Positions 22,549 to 33,794 of a DNA stretch of 64,000 nt are shown in pieces. A program made the position numbers and the translations under genes. The DNA is from Candidatus Altimarinota bacterium (GTDB lineage: Bacteria > Patescibacteriota > Gracilibacteria > BD1-5 > UBA2023), in contig JANQGT010000004.1 in assembly GCA_028277205.1 (NCBI GenBank), forward strand, positions 40,348-104,347. Reading direction: 5' to 3'. A model generated the notes under the pieces. The model ran no database searches. It was not told the DNA's origin and was given only the letters and a program-made list of their open reading frames with translations. Position 1 is the stretch's first letter, and each line of letters opens with the position of its first letter.

Positions 22549-23262
22549 CTATGCCCGACGTCGCAATACCAGTACCAGCACAGCGGCGAGTACGAGCGCC
22601 GCGAGCAAGATCGCGAGCATCTCGGGACCGGTCTCCGGTCGCGTCACATCCTCTGGTGTCGGCTCCGGTGTGGGCGTCGCAGCGACCTCTACCTCCGCCT
22701 GAAAGACGACACACTCATTGTGCACGCGGCTCGCGCTCTCGGTAGCGTCCTCCATGATGACGGAGTGCGTGAGCGGAAAGACCATCATGGCGACGGGCTG
22801 TCCGTCCTCTACGTCTGTCTCGGTGAGTGTATAGTTTGCGGTCGGCTCGCTCTCAAACAGTGTAACCGTCTCTCCCGCAAGCAGCTCAAACTCCTGATCT
22901 CCCTCGCGTGTCAGCGACTCGACCCATATGAGATCCGAGCCAAAATTCCAAAATGCGTCCGGATCCTCGGGATTCGCGATGATGCGCGTCTCACCCGAGA
23001 GCGGATGGATCGTCGGAAAGTCCTGAAGTCCCTCGTAGATGATCTGACTCTCATCCATGACATTCGTCCAGGTATCGAAAAAGTCCGTCTTTCGCTCTCC
23101 GACCTCCCAGCTGCCACCCTCAAAACACTGACTGCACGAATACGGAGTAAAATACTCGGCATCACAGGCGATCTCGGGAAACTGTCCGACCTGAGCGCTC
23201 GCGACCGAGACGAGCGAGAGAGCAGCAACGATCCCAGCTCCGGAGAGAAGTACTGTACGCAT
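22549..23262 (-). CDS. Secreted protein with LPXTG-like (RPETG) C-terminal sorting signal
   Basis: The signal peptide is MRTVLLSGAGIVAALSLVSVASA. The C-terminus is PETG-PE + LAILLAALVLAAVLVLVL + RRRA, matching the tripartite layout of sortase substrates. Confidence 0.65.
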   Translation of the reverse strand: MRTVLLSGAGIVAALSLVSVASAQVGQFPEIACDAEYFTPYSCSQCFEGGSWEVGERKTDFFDTWTNVMDESQIIYEGLQDFPTIHPLSGETRIIANPEDPDAFWNFGSDLIWVESLTREGDQEFELLAGETVTLFESEPTANYTLTETDVEDGQPVAMMVFPLTHSVIMEDATESASRVHNECVVFQAEVEVAATPTPEPTPEDVTRPETGPEMLAILLAALVLAAVLVLVLRRRA

Positions 23263-23332
23263 AAAGAGAAATTAAGAGAAAATAAACCTCAGGCGACATT
23301 GTAGCGCGAGTGTCAGCATTTGTCAAAAATCT

Positions 23333-23360
23333 TTGCGCGAAAATCAAAACCGTTTATACT
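23333..23360 (+). promoter_or_regulatory. Candidate sigma70-type promoter for frr
   Basis: TTGCGC-16 nt-TATACT, about 35 nt upstream of the frr ATG. Confidence 0.3.
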
Positions 23361-23393
23361 TTTCACGCGCATTTTTATCCTCAAAATCACTCT

Positions 23394-23939
23394 ATGCCAG
23401 CCTCCATCGACGCCGATATCGAGCGTGTGCTTACTCATTTGAAAAACGAATTTGCAAAGCTGCAGACCGGTCGCGCCTCTCCCGCACTCGTGGAGGATAT
23501 GCGCGTGAGCGCCTACGGCGCGAGCCAGCCGCTCAGAAATGTCGCGAGTGTCAGCACTCTGGATCAGCAGACACTCTCCATTTCTCCGTGGGACAAATCC
23601 CTCCTCCGAGACATCGCCGGCGCCATCACCGCCTCGGGACTCGGGCTCAATCCGCAGGACAACGGCGAGACCATCATGCTGAAAATCCCCGCACTGACAG
23701 AAGAGCGCCGTCGCGAGCTCGTAAAATATGCGAAAAAACTCGCGGAAGAAGCGAAAGTCGGAATACGATCGGTGCGTCAGGATGCGATAAAACAGATAAA
23801 AGCACGCGAGACGGCGAAAGAGATCGGCGAAGATGCGGCGCGAGATGAGGAGACGGCGATACAAAAGAAAATCGACGAGACAGGAAAAACCATCGACGAC
23901 ATGACAAAAAAGAAAGAGGAGGAAATCATGAAAGTGTAG
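23394..23939 (+). CDS. frr: Ribosome recycling factor
   Basis: LKNEFAKLQTGRASPALVEDMRVSAYG...LNPQDNGETIMLKIPALTEERRRELVK. Confidence 0.95.
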   Translation: MPASIDADIERVLTHLKNEFAKLQTGRASPALVEDMRVSAYGASQPLRNVASVSTLDQQTLSISPWDKSLLRDIAGAITASGLGLNPQDNGETIMLKIPALTEERRRELVKYAKKLAEEAKVGIRSVRQDAIKQIKARETAKEIGEDAARDEETAIQKKIDETGKTIDDMTKKKEEEIMKV

Positions 23940-24137
23940 ACTTCGGTGAAAGAAGAAATTGACAAGAAAGAAGAGAATATAATAATGCGCAAAGCACTCT
24001 CGTCTGATTTTCATACGCTGTCGTATGGAGTGCACACAGAGTCTCGCACGAAAATTCATCGAACGACATGCGTGCGAGATCGTAGGGCATTTTGGAGTTT
24101 AGTTGGCGTTTTCACGATCCATTCCGACCGATACGAC

Positions 24138-24596
24138 ATGCTTCCCTCTTCCCGACTCCGCCTTTTTCTCAGCTGCAGTCTGACACACGCAGGCGACGAA
24201 TTTCGTGCGTTTATCGGACAGTTGCGAGCAGAGCTCTCACGATCTTTCGAGCTCAATGAATGGTACACGGGAAACGGGGGCACGATCTCCGGGTCTGAAT
24301 CCGCCGATGAATGCCACAAGGTTTTTCGATACAATGTCGATCAGCTTTTGCATTCGCATGGCGTACTCGCCGAAGCCTCCCATGCATCCACGGGTGTCGG
24401 AGTCGAGATCGCCCTCGCCCTCGCTCAAAATATCCCCGTACTCGCCGTCGCCCGCCGGGACGCCCGCGTCTCGTCCTTTATTCGCGGAATAGACAGCGAG
24501 CTTTTTTTCTTTGCGTTTTACGATGCTATCGACGACATACTCCCCCTCGTCCATGACCGCCTCCTCCAGCAGATGAGCGCTTCACGAGTTTCTTAG
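24138..24596 (+). CDS. Nucleoside 2-deoxyribosyltransferase-like protein (second paralogue)
   Basis: The C-terminal half, HGVLAEASHASTGVGVEIALALAQNIPVLAV, fits the family. The start is uncertain: the ORF is open from 23946 and ATG 23985 is also in frame. Confidence 0.4.
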   Translation: MLPSSRLRLFLSCSLTHAGDEFRAFIGQLRAELSRSFELNEWYTGNGGTISGSESADECHKVFRYNVDQLLHSHGVLAEASHASTGVGVEIALALAQNIPVLAVARRDARVSSFIRGIDSELFFFAFYDAIDDILPLVHDRLLQQMSASRVS

Positions 24597-27500
24597 CTGC
24601 CTCCCCACACTCCCGCAGCACACTGTCGCCTCCCGCACCGGAGACGCTTTTTCGCGTGCACTGCTCATCCTGCGCACACTCTCAGAGCATCCGCGTGTGA
24701 TCCTGTTTTTCGCCACGACGGATGATCGCGTGCGATTTAGCTGACTTTTCACTGCACTGAAAAAACCGGTTATTTCCATCGCGACCCGGGAAGACGCGGC
24801 ACTGTTTCGTCTGTCGCAGACGGGATGGTTTACGGCGGAGTACGCTTTGCTTCGCGCCACCATGCCGACCACGGACGAGTGCGAACGCATCCATCTGGCA
24901 GTGCGACGGGGCGACAGCACGGGTCTGCGCGCTATGATAGACCGGCTGATCAGTCTGGGCTATACGCACGATCCGAGCGTCGGCACACCCGGTACGTACC
25001 GGCAGGAGGGAGACGCGCTGCATATCTGGGGATACGGCGATATCAGCCCCTCCATCGTGAGCTTTTGGGGAGACGAGGTGGATGATATTTTAGAGAAATG
25101 AACCGGTCTCGACGATACCCTGCACTCGCGAAAAACCGGGATATTCCCATGCTCCCCGGACTTTTCGACGTCAGAGCTTTTTTTGGCGGATACGATCCAG
25201 GAGTCCACACTCAAAGAGCTCTCGGACTGGACGTGCGTGTACGTGGACGCGGAGTTTTTCCCGGGTTTTCCGGTACTGCGCCGGCAGTCGAGCGAGTGGT
25301 ACGCTCTCGCGGAATTTCCCGACGAATCAGTGGACATGGGTATCCGCCCGCTCACCATCGACTCGACGCAGGCACTGGGCGAATACCTGGACACCGCATG
25401 AGCATCACTCTTTTTTCACACGCATCACCCCCGAAATCTCGAGCGATTTTTGGAATATGCCGGAAAATCCTCTACGGCAAACCGGGTACTGTCTCTGAGC
25501 ATACCGGGAAAGATCGAGAGCTTTTCCCTGAAAAACCGGCACGCACTCATCGCCGACGACATCCTCTCACCCCTGCTTGCGCGACCGAGACGACGGGAGC
25601 GATCGGCGGGAGATTTTGATCTGCTACTGTCCATAGATGCGGGAGACTGCGTCGTACACGCCGATCACGGCATCGGTATCTATGCCGGTCGGGCGATGCG
25701 CAGTGTCGACGCCGTCCAGCGCGAATACATCGAGATCCGGTATGCCGACGGCGACACTCTGCGAATACCGGTAGAGGAGGCGTATCGCCTGACAAAATAT
25801 GTAGGACGCGAGTCGCCGGCGCTCTCCCGACTCGGAGGCAAGGAGTGGAAAAAACACTACGAAAGTGCCGAGCGTGACGCCGAAGAAGTCGCCAAACACA
25901 TCCTGGAAAATCACGCCCGGCGGCAGGTGCAGACCGGTTTTTCGCACGTACCGTTTGTGCAAAAAGAGCGTGAATTTCGTGCGGCGTTTCATGCGCCGCA
26001 TACGCAGGGGCAGGCGCGCGCCATCGACGAAGTACTCTCTGATATGAAAAGTCCCGCACCCATGGATCGGCTGCTCTCGGGCGATGTCGGATTTGGAAAA
26101 ACGGAAGTGGCTATGAATGCGATATACCGAGCGCATCTGAATGGGAAACAGACTATTTTTCTCTCGCCGCTCGTCGTCCTCGCCTCCGATCACTACGATA
26201 CCGCCTGCGAGCGTCTCTCGCCCTTTGGCATGCGCGTGGCGACGCTCACGCGTCTGACATCAAACTCCGAAGCAAAACGAATCCTGAAGTGACTGGAAAC
26301 CGGCGACATTCATCTGGTCATCGGGACGCATCGGCTCCTGTCGGAGGATGTGAAATTCGCAAGTCCGGGTCTGCTCATCGTCGATGAAGAGCATCGTTTC
26401 GGTGTCATGGACAAGGAAAAAATCACCGCCATGAGAGCGAATCTCGACGTCCTCTCGCTCTCGGCGACACCCATTCCCCGCAGTCTCAATTTTGCGCTCT
26501 CAGGCATGAAATCGCTCTCCATCATCGAAAAACCGCCGAAAAAGAAAAAACCGGTCAAGACGCTCATCGCCCCATTTTCCGAGCGCGCGATCGCCGACAG
26601 TGTCCGCACGGAGCGTGCTCGCGAATGACAGATCCTGATCGTCACTCCGCGCATCGCTCACCTGCCGATGCTGCGGGAGATACTGGAGCGAGTGGCACCG
26701 GATATGCGCGTGACGGAGGTGCACGGGCAGCTGCCGGGGACGCTGCTCGAGGATCGAATTCTCGAGTTTCGGCGTATGGAGTCGGAGTGTCTGCTCTCGA
26801 CGACGGTGATCGAAAACGGAGTAAATTTCCTGCGAGCGAATACCATCATCATCGAGTGAAGCGATCATTTCGGGCTCGCGCAGCTGCACCAGCTGCGATG
26901 ACGCGTCGGACGAAAAGACGTCGAGGGACGGTGCCTCCTCTTGTATCCGAGCGAGGGCGTGAGCGCCGATGCGAAAGAGCGACTCTCCACACTCGTACGT
27001 GAGTCGCATCTCGGTGCGGGATTCGAGATCGCGATGCGCGATCTGCAGATCCGCGGAGCGGGAGACATCCTCGGTGTCCGACAGTCCGGCAAGACGCAAG
27101 AAGTCGGAATATCACTGTATCTGAAGCTCCTCGAACAAAAAGTCCGCGAGCTCTCGGAGCGCGATCAGGGCGAGCTATCTGCGGAAAAACCGGTCGAATG
27201 CACCATAGAGCTGCCGATATCCTCGTACATTCCGGACGAGTATTTCGACTCGGAAAGCGACAAGCTCGACTTTTTTCGGGGTCTGGAGGGCGTGGATGAT
27301 GATGCGAGTCTGGAGGCGATGAAAACCCGGTTTTTCGAAGAAAGTGCGTCTGTGCCTGAGACGATCGACAATTTCTTTCTACTCCTGCGTGCGCGACTCG
27401 CGCTCTCGCGACTCGGCATCGAGAGCGTCCGGCAGACATGACAGCACTATATCGTGGACTGGGCAGACGAGCGAAAAACCGCCCAAAACATTCGAGCCTT

Positions 27501-27621
27501 TCTAGAGTGTGATACGCGGCGGCTCGCGGTCGTCGGTGGCGGTATGCGGGTGCGATTCGATATAGGTGATTTTCGGGATGTGAGAGAGTTTGTAGCGTAT
27601 ATCGAAAATAGTCGCCGATAA
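24553..27621 (+). CDS. mfd: Transcription-repair coupling factor Mfd
   Basis: Seven or more same-frame pieces (24847.., 25183.., 25450.., 26350.., 26668.., 26941..). It has the RNAP-interaction (CarD-like) region VVHADHGIGIY, GDVGFGKTEVA, DEEHRFG, SATPIPR, and QLR(TGA)RVGR as motif VI. The stop is TAA 27619..27621. The start (ATG 24553) is inferred. Confidence 0.9.
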
Positions 27622-28220
27622 AACAATCACAAGTATCGAGAGTCGCTTCCTATTGCATTGCGCCAATATCATCTACAGGCGCTGCAAATCTCCTTCGCTG
27701 CACTGGATCAGGAACTCAACCTCAGTCTGTCGCATCGGAGTTTGTCGCATAGTAGTTTCATACAGGTCCCTCAAAAACTGCAGCATCACCCAGGTCCGGA
27801 TGTGTTCAAAAACACAGAATTTTTGCCTTAACGTCTAGCCCTCAGACTATCACATCAGCTCATATTTCCAAAGTCTTGCCAACAGAAGGAGCATAGACGC
27901 TGGAGCGAGAATCGAGCCGAGTTTCGTACAACCAAACCTCTCTCTCAAGGGTTTTCCTCTGGCTTTCCGTGCACCTTTTTTCGGCACCCGTATATCGTCA
28001 CCCTCTTCACCCTCTTCACCCGTCTCATCACGCACCAGACTCGACATACGAGTATCCGAATTTCTCAGGCATAATTTTTAGAGGAAATTATTAAAAATTG
28101 CACGATATGATTTTACTGGAAGCATCCCACAAAAGCAAGCAGAAAACATTGACAAATTCTGAAAATGCCTCGAAGCACGAACGCAAACGCATCACCTATC
28201 GAACCTGAAAAAATCGCCGC

Positions 28221-29135
28221 CTAATCCTCCACCCCGGGATACCGCCGAAACCACGTAAGCTGCCGCTTCGCGTAGTGGCGAGTTTTTTTCTGGATGAGGG
28301 TTTTCGCGTTGTCGAGAGAGCATTTTCCCTGCAGCGCATCCAGGATCTCCCGGTATCCGATCGTATCAAATCCGGGGGCGTCCGGAGCGTGTCCCACCGA
28401 AAGCAGCGTGCGAATCTCGTCGACGAGTCACTCCTCCATCATCGCCTCGACTCGCCGGTCGATACGGGCATACAGTGCCTCCCGATCGCCGTCGTACGGC
28501 GTGTAAAAAAACGTATCGTACACCGGCGTTTGCGATCGGGTCAGCGATCGTCTGCTGATGCCGTACACCTCCAGGAGCTCCAGCGCGCGGATGACGTACG
28601 GATAGCTGCCGGGGTCGATCGTCCGCGCCGTCTCGGGATCGAGGGCGTGGAGTCTGTACCAGAGTGCGAGATTTCCCTCGGTGATGCGCATGGTCTCGAG
28701 GGTGTTTCGATATTCGGGATTTGGCGGAGTCGCCGGCAGCGAAGAATCATACACGACACTGTCGATATAGAGTCCCGTCCCCCCGCAGAGGATGGGGATT
28801 TTTTCGTACTGTCGAGCATGTCGAATCTCATAGAGTGCATCATCCCGATATCGTCCTGCCGAGTAGCGCTCCGACATCGAGAGAAATGATATGAGCAAAT
28901 GCGGCACTCCGCGCATTTCCTCGGGTCGGATGACGCCCGTCCCGATGACGAGATCGCGATACAGCTGCCGAGAGTCCGCACCGATGATGACACCTCCGAC
29001 ATACTCGGCGATATCGAGACTCGCATCAGTCTTTCCGGATGACGTCGGACCGTATACGACGATGAGTTTTCGGTCGCGCGTCCCCTCCGAGAGCCATCGA
29101 TCCAGACGAGAGAATGGGGGATTTTCACTTGGCAT
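28221..29135 (-). CDS. miaA: tRNA dimethylallyltransferase
   Basis: IVVYGPTSSGKTDASL P-loop, and the C-terminal YAKRQLTWFRR follows one read-through TGA. The stop is TAG 28221..28223. Confidence 0.9.
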
Positions 29136-29187
29136 TTTCGGATTTTCGAGTAAGGTTCGATTCCAAATACTACGAAATTTTTCGCCG

Positions 29188-29760
29188 ATGCCAACGCATG
29201 ATGATCTCCTCGGGTCCGCCGAGTGCGTGTTTGAGGGTGTGCTCTGGGATGTATATCAGTGGGAGCAGGAGTTGTTTGACGGATCGTTTTCGACATTTGA
29301 GACCATAGCGCGGAGGATGGGGACCGTCGATATCATCGTGGTTGACGGTGATCGCATCGGCATCACCTATCAGGAGCAGCCGAAAAAGGGGAAATTTTAT
29401 TCGCTGTATGGCGGACGTCTGGAGCCGGGCGAGTCCCCCGAAGAAGGAGCGCGACGAGAGCTGTTGGAAGAGTCGGGGTATGAGGCGTGAGAGCTGGAGT
29501 TGTATAATACCTATAGCTTTTCATCCAGCTGTCGGTGGGAAAATCCGTTTTTCATCGCGCGAGATCTGCGAAAAATCGCCGAGCCAACTCCCGATGCAGG
29601 CGAGCGTATCCAGGCGGTGTGGCTCGACTTCGACGAATTTAGCGATATGATCATCCGGGAAAAAATCCGCACGAATACAAAATTTGCCCTCGAACTCGCA
29701 CGCGCGAAAATCGACGGGGCGTTTAGTCAAGTCCGCAATCATATCCTCTGACACTCATAG
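29188..29760 (+). CDS. NUDIX hydrolase
   Basis: Nudix box GGRLEPGESPEEGARRELLEESG. Two TGA are read through. Confidence 0.8.
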
Positions 29761-29763
29761 ATC

Positions 29764-30168
29764 ATGCACCCTCTCGACGGTATCACTCCTCACCTCGCGC
29801 ATATCGACGACGTGCTCGCCGATCTTCAGACCGAGTCCGACATTCAGGCGTTTGATACCAGAGCGCTTCGTTTCACTGCAAAGCGCGATGGACGGGACGT
29901 CTGACAGGCGCTCCTCTACGTGATCTACAATAACAATCGGGATAAGGTATTCGGATTTCTCAGCGACGTCTATGTCGAGGAGGCGTACCGCGGTGAGGGA
30001 ATCGGGACCGCGCTCCTGCGTGATATGATCGAGACGGCGAAAAAAATCGGCTGCTACAAAATCGTGGGCACCTCTCGATATGAGCGCCCGAAAGTCCATG
30101 CGCTCTACGAACGACTCGGATTTCAAAACTGGGGCGTGGAGTTTCGGATGAATTGTACCGAGGACTAG
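29764..30168 (+). CDS. GNAT family N-acetyltransferase
   Basis: VYVEEAYRGEGIGTALLRDMIETAKKIGCYKI (acetyl-CoA-binding motif A). One TGA is read through. Confidence 0.75.
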
Positions 30169-30764
30169 GCGCTCGGTACGATTTTTATGCGTAGCTCTCT
30201 GCGAAGAAAAGCATCGAGCTCGGTGAGTGTCGCACATGTTTTTTCAAATTCTCCTTTTTCTACAAAGAGCTTGGTCTGCGGTCGTCTTCTTTCGCGCGTG
30301 CCGACGACGCGAACACCTCCATCCACAAAAGAGATGTGGATCTTGTCAAAGATATAGGGATTATTGAAACTTCGATTGAACGCATTCCAGTAAATATCTA
30401 TCGTAAACTGTACCTCCGCTGCCTCCATCGGTATGCTTGATACATTCGTCGTCACATTTGCGATCATGCCGACGATACCGAGATCCGCATTGATATCGGC
30501 AATATGCCTGCGAAAATATAGCGCAAACATATCCCGAATCGGATCAAATCGTTCCTGAAATCGCCGAACAGCTTCGGCGCTGCGCTCCTGCTCGATCAGT
30601 CACTGCAGTATTTCTCTATCCGGCATCGCCAATGCTTCTCACTCAGATCGCTCGATAAAATCGTCCAGGGCTTTTCGCAGCTCGCACCGATCGCATTCTT
30701 GTTGTTCTCAGGGACTGTCGGCGGACATGGGCGTCTCGTCCGTACGAAATCTTTTTTTGTCCAT
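30165..30764 (-). CDS. Hypothetical protein (199 aa)
   Basis: ORF 30165..30530 extends in frame across three TGA to ATG 30764. No motif recognised. Confidence 0.45.
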
Positions 30765-30827
30765 AAACTGAAATGAAGCAAATATATTCAATGCTTCATA
30801 ATAACAGTTTATTCGAATTTTGTAAAA

Positions 30828-31697
30828 TTATCATTCTGCAATCCGTCTGCACAAAAACTCCCGAAACTCCTCTCCCAGATCCTCCCGTTCGAGCGCGAAA
30901 TCCACCGTCGCCTTTAGAAATCCGAGCTTGTCGCCGGTATCGTACCGGCGTCCCTCGATGGTGAGCGCATGGACGTTTTGCTCTTTCTTGACCAGGAGTG
31001 CCAGCGCATCCGCGAGTCGCAGCTCTCCCCCCTCGCTGCGTCCGCAGGACTCGAGCGCATCAAATATTTCCGGGGTGACGACGTATTTTCCGATGACGCC
31101 GCGCCGTGATGCAGTCTCTGTCGACTTTGGCTTTTCCAGTAGTCGCAGCACGCGGGCGAGAGTACCCGATCCCTGCGTCTCGACGATTCCGTAGCTATGG
31201 ACTTTTGCATCCGGGATGGCCTCCGTCGCGACGACGCATCCGAGTGTCCGCTCATACGCATTGATGATTTGCTTTGCCGCGGGCACCGCTCCCCGTACGA
31301 GATCATCCCCGAATAGCACGAGAAACGGACTCTCCCCCACAAACTGGCGCGCCCGCAGGATAGCATCACCGTCTCCGCGCGGGATGGGCTGGCGGACGTA
31401 GGCGATATTTGCCAGGGTCGAGACGCGCTCCACGAGCGCGAGCTCTGCGGTTTTCCCCTTTTCCACGAGGGTGTGTGACAGCTCAAACGAGTGATCGAAA
31501 TGATCCTCGATAGAGCGCTTTCCGCGTCCGGTGACGATGACGATGTCGGTGATCCCCGAGGCGACCGCCTCCTCTACCAGATACTGGATGACGGGCGTAT
31601 CCACGATGGGCAGCATTTCTTTCGGTTGGGCTTTCGTCGCAGGGAGAAATCGAGTACCGAATCCCGCAGCGGGTATGACGCAGGTAGTGATGGACAT
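30828..31697 (-). CDS. galU: UTP-glucose-1-phosphate uridylyltransferase
   Basis: IPAAGFGTRFLPATKAQPKEMLPIVD..., VEKP motif (LLEKPK). It ends ...IAE-TGA-TAA. Confidence 0.9.
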
Positions 31698-31861
31698 AAA
31701 AAAATCATGCAAAAAAATCTGCACGTATACTAATGAAAAATCCGCAAAATCACGAAAATCATACAATCAAAATGGCTCAATTATGTTTATCGCGAGTCTG
31801 GATGTATGATGATATTGAGGTTTTTGGCGATCACTTATCCCCCCCTTTATAAATTCCACCG

Positions 31862-31976
31862 AAAAACCACCGGTTTACTAACCGGTGGATGGAGAGTATC
31901 CGAACGATAGTGAGGACGAATGTAATTCGAAACTCGCCCGCAGGGCGATAAAAGCCCCCGGTCTACCGACCGGGGG
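31862..31976 (-). repeat. Structured intergenic element, copy B (inverted relative to A and C)
   Basis: The reverse complement matches copies A and C over about 95 nt. The leading hairpin is CCCCCGGTC-GGTA-GACCGGGGG. It lies about 165 nt 3' of the minus-strand SLT-domain gene. Confidence 0.7.
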
Positions 31977-32141
31977 TTGTTTACAATCTGCGCACCATAC
32001 GAATCTCGAAATATTGCTTCGCCTGCCTCCCTGTAAAGTGTGAATGTCGTTTTGAAGATCATCGCTTCAATCACACGAGAGTCTCGATGTTTCTGCCCTA
32101 TGCGAGACGTACTGATCAGGAAAAGCTCGCATCAATCAAGA

Positions 32142-33737
32142 CTACTGCGCACGGGCATTGTCCGTCCACTGACTCGCTCCATAGTACGCCGCGGCGACAT
32201 CCATATAGTCGTCCACAGTCTGGACACTCGCCATACCGGGCATGCCGTGGTTGGCGCGCTTGGCTGCCTCGAGATTTTTTTGGGAAAATGCCGGACCGGT
32301 GTGATAGAGCACCATGGCACGTCCCCACATTCCTTCCGCCTGGGGTCTTTCATACATCTCGGCGAGGTACGCGGCGGTCGCGATGATCTGGTGGATGGGA
32401 TTTTCACGTTCGAGGTCTCCCGATTTGATTGCTTCGATTTCTTCTTCGCTCAATACCGGTTTGCCATCCTGTCCCTCGGGGACGGTGGAGAGCGCCGAGA
32501 AATCCGCACTGGCAAATCGATTTGGCACTCCTCCCGATGCGAGTCATTCCCATGTGCCGTCGATGATCTGTCCCAGTCCGTACGCCGATGAATTCGGATT
32601 TTTTACATGAGGGCGAAATGCACTTTCCTTATAAAACAGCTGCAACAGCAAACCCTGCGGAATGCCGAGATGACCGCATACAAATTCGACTGTCTCCCCA
32701 TACGGCGACGTATTCATAAATGCTTCCTTGTTCTCGGCGGCAGCCTCGGGCGATGTATAGTATTCGCTGGCTCGTGCGTCGATGGATGCGCTCGTCGGCG
32801 GTGCACCGCGATGCACGGCAGCGCGTCCGAGCTGGATATTTCCCCGCAGCGCGCTAAGCTGCTCTCGGCCGGTGGCGGTATCCGGTCCGCGCATCTCGAC
32901 CACGCTCACCGTCTGTCCGTGCGACAGCATCGCCGGGACCTCGCTGCCAGCACGATAGTATCCTGGCTCGGGTGTGGCACTGTAGACAAACGCCTCTCCG
33001 TCGATACTGATGCGCGAAGCCCCGGTATCCAGCAGGAGTTGACTCGCGGGAAAATTTCCATTCGCGCTCGACTCCGGACCGAGATTGACCCGAAAACTGC
33101 TTCACTCCGAGAGATTTTCCCGCCTGAAAGCCCTGCCAGGCTTGTCGGGATCGCGCATGAGCACGGACGACAGATCCGCACCCGAGAGCATGAGCGCCGA
33201 GAGATCATCGGCAGTCAGCGCCTCAAATGATGCGACGACCTCACGGGTTTCCTCACCGGTCTCGGGATCGACACGGGTTTTTTCCAGTAATCGCACTGCC
33301 TCGTCCGATCCGGATCTCGAAAGACGCAGGAGCGCCTCGACGCGCGCTTTCGCATCATGCGCCTCGAGCATCGCCCGGCGCAGCGCATCAAGACTTTCGG
33401 CAGACTCCGGTTGTTCTTGTGTTGATTCACTCATCGACTCCGCACCCGTTCCCGCTTCACGTTTGCCTCGAAATGGATCCATTTCCTCATCACGACGTCG
33501 TGCCGCTATTTCACTCTCGGTGGCGTGCTCGGCTCATTCATACTCGGCGGTCGTTCTTTGCGCCGTACTGGTCGCGTTTTGCAGTCGCTCGCCGTGCTTC
33601 TCTCGAAGTTTCTCACGGATTTCCGCGACTTTTTGTTGTTCGGGGGTTGTCGGAGCTTTCGGCGCATCAAAGCGTTCAACCGATACCGGACGTTCACGTT
33701 TCGTCTCTGTGACGGGAGCGTTTGGAGTCTCTGCCAT
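32142..33737 (-). CDS. Lytic transglycosylase (SLT) domain protein with a long charged N-terminal region and no signal peptide
   Basis: Four same-frame ORFs (33534..33737, 33102..33482, 32544..32930, 32142..32528) join across three TGA. The SLT signature is LLLQLFYKESAFRP...SSAYGLGQIIDGTW. Confidence 0.7.
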
Positions 33738-33794
33738 GATAGTATCGTCGGTGAAAAAATCAGATAAATTATGTCTTTGTATTCACAATTGTCG

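Noticed and set aside
29755-30237. Minus-strand 160-aa ORF overlapping the GNAT gene.
   Set aside because: The plus strand encodes a clear GNAT acetyl-CoA-binding motif over the same bases, whereas the minus-strand translation is featureless.
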